A stretch of DNA of 64,000 nucleotides, filler included, from Rhabdomonas costata (lineage: Eukaryota), in assembly GCA_019059605.1 (NCBI GenBank). It is 19 parts of 19 records of this genome, joined end to end, with 100 filler letters (N's around TTAATTAATTAA, not from the genome) between each part and the next. Parts side by side here need not be neighbours in the genome. Positions count along the whole stretch, not along the records: positions 10,138 to 13,414 come from JAHMHO010001075.1; positions 13,515 to 16,794 come from JAHMHO010001076.1; positions 16,895 to 20,173 come from JAHMHO010001077.1; positions 20,274 to 23,552 come from JAHMHO010001078.1; 15 more parts are not named here. One strand, written 5' to 3'. The notes beneath the pieces are model-generated. The model made no database searches and had not been told where the DNA came from. It saw only the letters and a list, made by a program, of their open reading frames with translations. Made by a program: the position numbers and the translations under genes. Of the stretch, positions 13,159 to 23,390 are shown piece after piece (position 1 is the stretch's first letter; each line of letters starts with the position of its first letter).

Positions 13159-13600
13159 GTTCGTTTGTGATCTCCCCCCCCCCCCCTTCCGAAAAAAAAG
13201 AAGAGGAGGGGGGGAGGGGGTCTGAGATCCTATTGCCCTATCAGCCTCCGCTGCATTTTCTTTTGGGAGTGTTTCTGTGACGAGGTCGACGGAAGATTTT
13301 GTTTGCTTTGTCGCGAGGTGCTGATAGAGGCCAAAGCTTCGTCGCTGGCCCTTTGTATGGGTCTCTGGCAGCACTTTTTTGTCGTCTTTTTGTGCCGCTG
13401 CTTTACCACACAACNNNNNNNNNNNNNNNNNNNNNNNNNNNNNNNNNNNNNNNNNNNNTTAATTAATTAANNNNNNNNNNNNNNNNNNNNNNNNNNNNNN
13501 NNNNNNNNNNNNNNGAATGGGAAGTATGTTTAGGCTTTCTTTCTCCCTATCGGCCCAGTGACACCGCGCCTTCTCTTCTTCTCACCCTTCTTCCCCTCAG

Positions 13601-16179
13601 CAGCAAATCCAAAGGCAAGGCGAACTACATCCCAGACCGTGATGAGCGGCAGCTGGGGGTGAAAAGCACCGCTACACAGGTGCGCCCTTCTGGGAGTATG
13701 ATGCGCTTGCTGTTCTTTTTCTTTCCAGGAAATCAGGTTCTGATGTCCGCAGACCAACTGAAGACTCGTTGGGGCATCTTTTGCAGTATGGTTCCGTGGG
13801 ATCCTACAAATGGAAGAGGAAGGTGGAGTGAAGGATGTTGGAGGACACTGTCATTTGCCCGGATCGCTAAGAATTCGGTTTCGGGAGGTGAGAAATCTTC
13901 CACTTATATAACTCAAAAAGTGATATACGAACTAACACTGTGTATGGAACGTTAGTGCGGAAAATGATGAATCTTGCTTACCAATGAGCTTGTGCTGATT
14001 TTTGGCTATGCTCCAGGAGGCAACGCAACCTTCTTCATTGCCAACCGTTCCTGCATCAGTGAACGACGTTACCTGATCACGAACATTTCGGCGGGGGATG
14101 GGGGGGGGGGTTAGGTCCACGTTTTTGCTGTGTTTGCTTGTTTTTTTGCACTGCCTCTGTCTTCAGCTGAATCTGCCTCACACGTACCTTGAGCAGCACC
14201 CGCAGGACATCGCAGTCAGCCTGCGAAAAACGGTTCCCGTTACAAATTGTTTCCTCTGCTCTGCTGTGTGCCTCGTGTCTTGTCTTTGGTGCACCTTGTC
14301 CTGCCGAGATATCCGAAGAGCCCATGTGGTCCTCGGACTGACGTTTTGCTTGAACTTGAGTTTGGCTGCGCTCTGTTGCCGGTCTTTGTGCCTAATGGTT
14401 TTTTTTGCATGATTAGCAACTTTTTTGCAAGCGGTGCGTTTCTATTGTCGTTCCACCTTTTGCAGCGAGACAAGAAGTCTTATCAGTTTACGTCAGTGAC
14501 CCCGCGTGGTCAAGTCTTCAAGGAAGTTGTGAGGTAAACCCCCATTTTACTTTTTCCCCACCGTTTCGCTCTTCACCTCCTGCGAATACTAATATAATAT
14601 GCTTTTTGCGCAGTTGTGGGATTGATGTGGTCTGCCATTATTGCATTATCCCGGGATGGGGGACAACCAGCGAGTTTGTGTATGTGGTTTCAGGGGGTTT
14701 GAATGATGGCAGTTATTGCCCAGGTGGAAGTTTTCGCGTTTTGGGGCAAGTTTCCAATTTAGGGCTTGTGAAGGTACGAAATGGGGGGGGGCAATTGGGA
14801 GGCAAAAAGTGTGCAAAGCGTATGCAGGCTGTATACATAGCATGACTTTTTTTTAACTACTTGACAATTCACATGGGGCCTTTTTTCCTTTCACGTTTGG
14901 AATTTTTTCTTGTCTTTTGACTTGACTCCGACATGCTTTGATTTTTTAAAAGCCCTGCTGAGTTTTTCATAATCCTGCACATTGTCAATTTTTTAGTGTA
15001 AGAACATAAGAACTCCTGAACACCCTTTACTTCCCGCCACCGTAGTGCCCGAAACGCCTTTCTCAAAGACCCTGATGGTTTCACCCTAAGCGCCATAACA
15101 CGCCCTTTCACGCACCCAAACTGCAACGGAACACATTTGTGCGTATGACACACCGTTTTGGGGGATGGTAGGTCTATGGACATCTAAGGCATGGTAGTGA
15201 TAAAAATGGATATGCACGGATGGGTGAGAAGGTAGGGACTGGATCTGGTGGTGCTTCTGTCATTTGGTACCCCGACCCCATGCATTAGCACCATCCAGTT
15301 CCCAGCTCGGGCATGCTTCCCCATACTCGCTTTGGGTGTTTCTGCCCCGTTGATGGGATGCCAACGCTGGAGGCTGAAGCTGACATTTTTGCGAGTGTGT
15401 CTGCCTCGTGGAGGGGCATGCCAGCTTCCGGGAATATAATATGTATCACTATGCTTTCCCCTCTTTTTTTCTCGAAAACATTTCAGCAGTTTTGTTTATC
15501 TTTCTCTCCAGGAATTCCAAACCGGCCTTGGGTCCGGGGACTTACGGCGATTCGGTCACAGACATTCCATTCAGCGCCCGCAAGATCAACACTAACCGGC
15601 CAATGGGGCCGAATACCCGAGGAAGGCCGGTGTGGGGCTGATGGGAGAAGTAGGCGAGCGTCTTTAATTGCCTCCTTTTCTTCTTGTGCGGCTCCCTCTG
15701 ATTGCGATCGTCGGTTTTTGTCCGAAAATCTGCCTAAAATTGTCTCCACCGTACTTGTGTGCTCGCTAGCTGCACCACGGGGCTCTTTTCACGACCCCCC
15801 CCCGCGCTCCCACAATTTGCTAGTGCTTGTGCGTCTGTGGCATTGTGCAGATGTAAAGAACCATTGTCATTTAGTTATTTTTTTTACTGCTTTTTGTGGA
15901 TTGGATTGGATTGGATTGGATTGGATTGGATTGCGTCGAAATATTGATTTGAGCGAATTTCTGTGTGAATGATATGCGCTGAGGATGCGCATTAGGGGAC
16001 CAACTCATTTCATCCAACGTCCTACAACAAAATGAGGCCGCACCGTTTTTGTGCAGGGACGGCACCGTTCCCCCGACAGGGACAGTCACCACCGAACGCA
16101 CATGTTTCCGGGATTTCCGGCCCCCCTCTGCTACTGTCTCTCGACCTGAACCCTCTGGGTTCGTGCTCTCTATCAACTT
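13601..16179 (+). CDS. Hypothetical multi-exon protein, possibly flagellar microtubule-associated
   Basis: AG/GT-bounded exons 13601-13679, 14167-14214, 14466-14533, 15512-~15629 (LGPGTY) and 16057-~16179 (TTERTCFRDF...EPSGFV). These motifs resemble axonemal repeat proteins. Some junctions are unresolved. Confidence 0.4.
15898..15932 (+). repeat. (GGATT)7 microsatellite
   Basis: Seen directly. Other SSRs: (GA)n ~6493-6509, (GATTCT)3 16211-16228, (GAGT)n 41683-41717, (TG)n ~60247-60264. Confidence 0.95.
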
Positions 16180-17234
16180 GTGAAGAGCTCTTGTCATCAC
16201 TTGGGTTGTTGATTCTGATTCTGATTCTGATTCATCAATCTCAAGGCCTCTGCCACTGCACGAGCAATTCTCCCGCCCCAATGGGCTCTCTTGGCGCTGG
16301 ACCTACCGGTGGAACCGGCAGGACCGTTGCCATCTCTTGGACTGGACCACCCCGCCCATGTGTTGCTTTGTTTTCTGCGCCTCTACTGGGCGCCTTCCGA
16401 CTGACGGTCGGGTGCCTATGGTGCATTGGGGAAACCCGGTCGCCGAATTGCAAAACGCCCCAAAACCCACCGCAAGCAATCACTCATTTCCCACCCCCCT
16501 CCCATCCCGGCGCTTTCTTTCTCCGAATCGGTCGTGAAACGCACTTCCCTTCATCTATGATTGGGGCCCAAGCTCCGGCTCTGTTGGCATGGGCGGTCCC
16601 TGCATCCGGCGCATTGTGTCGCTGCGGATAAAAAACTGGGGGGAAGGCGGGTCCAACACACCAGTCATAAAAATGGTCGAATCGAAGCTCCAAAGCGTGT
16701 TTTTCGTGTTCCCCTTGTTCAGTACTTGATTGGTGGGGGTTCGCCGTATCGAATGGTTCGCAGTGCCCCCTGCCACCACCTGCGCATGTCAGCCNNNNNN
16801 NNNNNNNNNNNNNNNNNNNNNNNNNNNNNNNNNNNNNNTTAATTAATTAANNNNNNNNNNNNNNNNNNNNNNNNNNNNNNNNNNNNNNNNNNNNGTGTTG
16901 GGTGTTTGGTGTGTTTGGGGTATTTTCTCTCGGGTGTTTTTTCGTCGTTTTCGGAAGTGCACTCAATCAATAGCTGCTTGAACCAATGCGACATTGGCGC
17001 TCGCTGACCACCACTGGCGTTCAGCGAGTGCTTTTTAAGACTTTGTCAGAAATTTCGGCACCTCCGTGTAGATCAAAGACAGTAGGCAGTAAATATTGTG
17101 GAATCATACGTTTTATCCTGGGGAAAGTTGTGGGTCAGACAATGGCGATTCTGCCAGAAAAGCGAACGCTCTTTCTGCCTTGCAGCTGCTCGAGCAATTG
17201 TTGGGGTATGCGACGCGTGGTTTGTGTCCGGCAG

Positions 17235-18715
17235 GTTATTCTGGAGGGTGCGCAAGGGGCCCTTCTGGACCCAGTGCACGGCGTTCCGCCTTACGTCACC
17301 AAAACACCATGTGTGGGCCGACCTGCGCTTGACCTTCTGGAGCGAACCAGGGAACCCTTTGTCGCTGTGCGGGTGGGTGTGCTTCGGAGCTACACGACGA
17401 GGCACGGCCCGGGGAGGTTTGAGGCCGAGGTCAGGGAGTGGGCAGCACGATTCCCAGAGCTCCACAACACGGCGGCGCGGTGGCAGGGAGAAATGAGAGT
17501 CGGCCCGCTGGATATTCCTGCAGCACGGGGTGGTGCGGAGATTTTTGGAGGCATGGCATTTCAATATTTCCTATATACTTTGCGTGCTTAGCACGGCATG
17601 CCAGCACAGACGGGATGCCAATGTTACAAATCATCATGCAGCACAGCGCAAACCATTCCGGCACTTGTCGAGTGAATGGGTGGACCACAACCACAAACAG
17701 GTCAGCAAGCCAACGGCGACACCATTGTGAAAAGGCGCGTGAAAGAGGGCAAATGGAGTGACGGGGACTGCGGTGAACACGCCGATGGGTCGAAACATCG
17801 GTGCATGCATGCATGGATTACTGCAGCTTGCTAGCTTGCTGATGTTGAGGCTCTGGATGGGCGCGACATAGATACATGTTATTTTCGAGTATTATTTTTG
17901 CCTGATGCGCGAATGCATAGTTTTACATACTCCTCAGGAGTGGACTTCCTCGCGGTGACTTGCCTGGACAGAATTTCTGAGCTTCCAATGCCTTTTGCAG
18001 CCGATCCGGATGGCTCGCTGGGGTGGCCGGTCTGCGTGGCACACACCAGACGAGTCGACAAGGAGTATGAGCGGCGCCATGTGGAGCTTCGATTGCTGCG
18101 TTCTGAGGTTGTCTGTTTGCTTTCTCTGAAGTTCTTGCTGTACCGTTATTCCACTTTCCCTGCTTTCCAAGGTTGAACTGCTCTGGTTGGGTTCAAGTTC
18201 CTTTGCTTTTTCCCCGTCCTTCCTCTCTTTAGTCTGGTCCCACTGACACTGACGTTGATACGTGCGTGTGGCTCCCAAATTTCCCCTTAGCTGCTGGCTT
18301 TCTTTGTTTTGTATTGTTTGTTTTTCCGTTTGTGTTTCGCTTTTACTGTTCCAGGTCCGCTTCTTTCCTTGGCTTGTCTCAGAATGGGGTGGGATTATCT
18401 TCTGGCAGTGCCTGCGCTGCTGTTCTGTTGGCCGCCGGAATGGACGCCGGGCGCGCCGGACTGGCCTCTCGGCTGCTTGAGCTTCTGGAGGAGCAACTTT
18501 GCGTGCCTGTGGGGATCATCTCATGGGGGCTGACCGCCGAACAGAAGGCGTCTGTTGGGACTTTTGCCAAGATGCTGCCAGTAATACCTTCCTCTTTCCA
18601 TGCTGAACATGAGAAGGATTTGACTTCCTTCAGCTCTGGTGATGCTCAGGCGCAAGCTTCTCCTGAAGACATTTGTATCGGCGCAGAGGGGAAAGGGAGT
18701 CTCAGCAACAGCTGA
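17235..18715 (+). CDS. purA: Adenylosuccinate synthetase, divergent type, C-terminal part
   Basis: Exon 17235-17550 (ILEGAQGALLD, PPYVT, YTTRHGPG, HNxxxxWQGEMRVG), exon 17938-18107 (GVDFLAVTCLD) and exon 18383-18715 (EEQLCVPVGIISWGLT). Intron 1 is GC-AG. The last acceptor is less certain. Confidence 0.9.
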
Positions 18716-20273
18716 ATGCGCATTACCGGGGATTTACCTTGTGTGCCGTTGTTTTTCCCCCGCCTGTCTCGTTGTCAGTGCAGAACATTTAAGTGTGCCG
18801 TGACGCCCACAACCTTTTCATTTTACATGGACCGTGGCGCAAAATATCCTTACACACGCCAGTTTTGAGCGTTCCGCCTGTCGTTTTGAGTCTTTTCAAA
18901 AACCGGTGAACGGTTTTTTGACGCCAAATGCAGCCCGTGAAAACTATGGTGTCGAAGCAAGTTGATCGATGGAATGTATCCAGCTTGACATACCCGATGG
19001 GAATGTCTGTCGATTTTTTTGTGGATTTTATCCGGACCACCCAGGAAAGGGGGAAACACGCGATTCCGTCGGCAAATTTTGAGGAAACTGCCGAAACGTG
19101 GCCGATAAGAATGCAACCGAATTGCCGCAGCGCCACGGCGCGTCATGCAGCCCGAGGCGCGGCGGCATGTGTTGTGCTGGGTCTTCTTGATAATCACTCC
19201 TCCAAATTATTTCCCGACGTCAAGCCATACGTGCGTGTGATTTCCTGGGTGGTTTTTCCTTGCTCTTTATTTCTTTTGTTTGCTGCGCCCCTTTTGGGGG
19301 CCGTTTTTTATGGTACTTGTTTGCGTCCTCCCCCGGCATCGCCTTCTGGCCGCGTTGTGCCCGTTCTACGGCCGGACCCCCTTCTGTAAAACCCGGCTGG
19401 CTCTTTATGCCCGTGCTTTTGTTTCTCTTAGTCGCTTTTCCAGCTTTACCCCTGCTTGGGTCACCCCGTGCCACCCGCGTTCTATTCTCTCCGCCCCCCG
19501 CCTTGGGGGATGCGACCGCCCAGAACGTTTTGGTCATTGCAGCTTTTGCCTTTTGTCGCTTTTCCCATTCCGGAAAACGATCGCCATAAAAAGTGGACGC
19601 AAACAACGTCATCTCCGGGGGTTTTTGAACCCAAAAGCAAATAGAACAAGCCCGCACGCCGAACAGGTCGAACAGAAGACGGTCTTTTCGAAGAATGTGG
19701 TCAGAATTGCCCCCGCCATTCGCGAATTGCAACAGCCACCCGCGCCGGAAAAATAAAATCTTCAAACCACCAGCATCAGCCACGCCCCAAAACGATCGGT
19801 TTGTGCTTCCGCAGTTTCAACTCCTGCAATCGGGGCTCCTGGAAACGTCATTTCATGGATGGGCAATCTCAAACACAAATCAAACACGAAACCAAAAGAG
19901 CACAATCGATCAACATCGTAATTTTCCTAGCTTTGAGGCAAAGGAAACTATCACCAAATCTGCCACAGCCTATTTTAAGTACTTGTGACAAGAAATAGTT
20001 AAGAATTAACCGCAGCTGGAGAAGATTCATGAGACAGATGATAAGATCAAAAGGCGATCCTAATCGGGATATGTTGTGGCGCCGAAGGTTTTCACTGAGC
20101 TATGTTAGAGGGAATAGCAGTATTCAAAGATGATATAAACAGCAATAATGAAAATAATTAATCACCCCCACACNNNNNNNNNNNNNNNNNNNNNNNNNNN
20201 NNNNNNNNNNNNNNNNNTTAATTAATTAANNNNNNNNNNNNNNNNNNNNNNNNNNNNNNNNNNNNNNNNNNNN

Positions 20274-21780
20274 AGTGCGCAGGTATGCGGAGGATCTTCG
20301 CGACGCTGTACGACGTGCTGTCGACGGGAACTCTCTTGCGGTTTCTTTGATTGCGATTTATGTCGCTGATCGCAATCCTCAAGGGAGCTCAGACGAGATT
20401 CTCTTCCAATCGTTCAAGTTTTTGGTTGAAGAGGTTATCGTTCGAGACCGCCGCAAACGGAACCGAGATCTTCCTGAGTCATCCTCTGATATTGGTTCCT
20501 TGGTTAAAGATTTCGGGGCAATATGCTGGCAGCTGCTCCGCCAGGGCCAGCCAGGGGTTTTGAGCCGACGAGACTTCCGTGGTGAATCTGGGATTTTGAA
20601 TTCGTTTTCAACGGAGACTTGCTACAAAGTTATCAGCGTGCACAGAACTATGGGCGAGTTTTTGGCGGCAGGTTATCTTTTGGAGAGGCAGGACAAGCTT
20701 CAGGAGATTGTTATTGAAAACGACAGTGCCACTCTTCTAGTATTCCTTGCCTTGGGAGCACAAAAAAACCCATCAAAGTTGAAAGCTGTTACTGACCAAG
20801 TCTCCAAACTGCTGTACGAGAAGTACTTTGCCGGCGAGGATGCAATGAATTCCATTATGCACTATATTGCGCCGTGCGGCGTTTCGATTGCTTAGTGGCT
20901 CCCAGACAGCTGGAAGAGCAGCTACACCCCAGTTCATGTTCGTCTCTTTGAGGAGCCTGCAGGGCGGTATGGGTGCCTGTCCCTCGTCAAACGAATGCTT
21001 GGGAACTGCGGAAGTGGACTCAAACTTGAGCGAGTGGTGGTTGGTGCCTATCAGGCTGAGTCCGGTCGCGTTGTCCGACAGTGGTGCACATCGCAAAAAG
21101 TTTTCCCGAGTGAGGATACGCTTCTCCGATACTCTTCTGTGTCCTACATCGGTCGGAAGTTGGCCGAGGGTCGGTACGGGGGACCAGAGGGCCTGTCCGT
21201 GAAGCTGATCACCCTGGGACGGGCTGATGCGCTACCCCTTGCCTTTGACCGGCTTACCGTGCTCAACCTCCGTTCTCGAATAAAGTCACCATATTTCATC
21301 GAAAATGTTAAGTGTGCTCGGCGAATAGCTGCCGCCTTAGAGGTAAGTACTACGCTGTCCAATGTCAACCTTCACGATGCCTGTTTTGGAGATGCAGGGG
21401 CGGAGTTCATTGCGGTTGTTATTGGAAAAAATACTACTCTTACCGCGTTGGACCTTGGCAGAAACAACATCAGCGATGCCGGCGCCTCCGCCATAGCAGC
21501 TGCTATGATCCGAAACCCATGTCTGAAACATCTTGTGTTGCAGCATAACTGCATTGGGGACCCTGGGGCCGGGCACCTTGCCACTGCTGTTCTGGAGGAG
21601 AACTGTTCGTTGGTCACGCTCGATCTTATGTGGAACAAAATCGCCCACTCTGGCGCGCAGTCCCTCACATGTGCCTTGCAGAAAAATTCATCCCTCGTGG
21701 AGTTAGATTTGCGGCATAACGAACGCTTTGATTCCGCGCTCTTTAGGGGGCTTCGCTCGACACTTGAGGTAATGTGCTGA
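20274..21780 (+). CDS. NLR-like protein (NACHT-associated helical region + RNI-like LRRs), 5' partial, one in-frame TAG
   Basis: ORFs 20275-20895 and 20995-21780 are in the same frame, separated only by TAG at 20893-20895. HRTMGEFLAAGYL resembles the NACHT winged-helix H..QEFLAA motif. Four to five ~28-aa repeats (LxxLDLxxNxIxDxGAxxIA) lie at ~21340-21730. Confidence 0.8.
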
Positions 21781-22418
21781 GCCAGCTGCGTGAAATCGGG
21801 GAAGGAATGAAGCTTTCCTTTGGCATTTCGAAGCCAGACAGACTCTTTGTTCGGTGTGAGTAACGGCAATAGCTACGCTGAAGTGAGACTGGATAGCTTT
21901 GCTCGTTCAAGTGCTCGGAACCCCCTGGGGGCTTGTTTCCATCATTTGACCACGCTCAAGCGAGTCTTCCATCTGTTGCCTTTTCCCCATGCTTTGAGTT
22001 GTTTTGTAGACATCATTACAATTGCTTCATGTGGCTCACTTCACGCTTTTTAGCAATTAACTGAGACTTTTTAGTTCAAATATAATGGCATTGCAATGTA
22101 TGGGATCAGCGGTTAATATTGAACTCGGGGTTCCATTTTGATTGCAGGGTACTTCGGGTATTACAGAATACCGGTGGAAAAACGAGGTTTTGTGTCCTGT
22201 TCCTCTTTTTGGGCCCGTCTTGTTCAAATGCATTGTGCTGACAGTTTTTTTTGCGATGAGGATATTAGAGATGGGCTCGGAAGTGCGCGTCACAGGCAAT
22301 GATTGCTATGCTTTTACATGCTGCAACGATCAACCGATCTACGGTGCATCTTTTCCAGTAGTTCCAATTTTCATTCGTGCCTTTTCTTTTCTTGTCTTGT
22401 CTTCTTTTTTTCTGTCCA

Positions 22419-23390
22419 ATGGTTCGTGTTGTGGTCTGTGGGCTGGGCTGCGAGTGCAGCACGTTCTCGCCGGTGCTGCAGTCCCGAGTAGAGTTCTGTG
22501 AGCGCCGTGGAGATGCCCTCAGGGACGCCCTGCCACACATTGTGAGAGACCCCGAGCTGCAGGAGGTGGACTTCCACTGGGGCTTCTCCGCAGGGCTTGC
22601 CTCACTTTGCTTTGTGAAATATTCCTTCCACCGGTGCGGTGCCGGTGCGCCCCCACGCTTCTCCAAATGTCAAGTTGCCGTTGCCATATTTCTTAATGGA
22701 CGACCACTAGCGTTGCCACCCGCATAATCTTGTTTTTACTTTTCTGTGCGGTACAAATGTGATCTCTTTTGTTTCGCAAAAGGGACTGGAGAGACTGACG
22801 AGTCTGAAGGGGCTGAAGAGATACCTTCAGAATCAGGCTTCACCTTCATGTTTGGGCCGCCGGATGAACATATGGCATAGGTCTACTTGACCGGCCAAAG
22901 GCAAAGGCAGCAAGGGGGCACCAAGTCACTGGAAGCAGCCTCTAGCTTCTCCTCATCACAACACAAATAAAGAAAACATGGCTGCAGGATGAAGAAAACC
23001 ACACCCCCTAACACGAGGTAAGTTGCCCGGGGGGGGGGGCTCCGCATGGCGTCCTAACCCCACATGATAAAAATACTTGAATTCCTTGGCCGCTCAAGTA
23101 GACCGCTGCCGAACATATTATGTCCATTGCTGCTAATGCACCGCTGCATCTCCTTAGGAAAAGTAGCACATACTCGCTGACTTACGATACGCTACGGCAT
23201 TGTTGGCAGGGCACTTCCCGGCGGGCGGCTCACGAAGGCTGCGTATGATGATCTATCGGCAGAGCTGCTGCAGTCTGTGAAAGAGGCCCTTCTGCAGGGT
23301 GCGGTGGACGGGGTTTACATCCGGTTGCACGGCGCTTTGTTCGTTGACTGCATAGAGGATGCGGAGGGCGACTTGCTGAGCAGGCTGCGG
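22419..23390 (+). CDS. mlrC: MlrC-like M81 family metallopeptidase, N-terminal part
   Basis: Exon 22419-22594 (MVRVVVCGLGCECSTFSP...RG) and exon 23210-23390 (ALPGG...DGVYIRLHGALFV...DAEGDLLSRLR) carry typical M81 N-terminal motifs. They join in phase via a GC-AG intron (22595-23209). The second exon is absent from the ORF track. Confidence 0.88.

Noticed and set aside
14691-14957. hAT-like MITE (CAGGG...CCCTG)
   Set aside because: The TIR matches only about 12/17 and the putative TSD only 4/8.
17235-18715. PurZ (2-aminoadenine pathway)
   Set aside because: The motifs (TRHGxG, HN...WQG) fit the divergent PurA clade rather than the PurZ-type PIRV..NSGP. The gene is spliced and has no phage context.
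20893-20895. Genome-wide TAG/TAA stop-codon reassignment
   Set aside because: This is the only instance among many conserved exons, TAG appears to terminate 59252-59788, and the apparent TAA TAA at ~13001 lies in an intron once the GC donor at 12416 is used.
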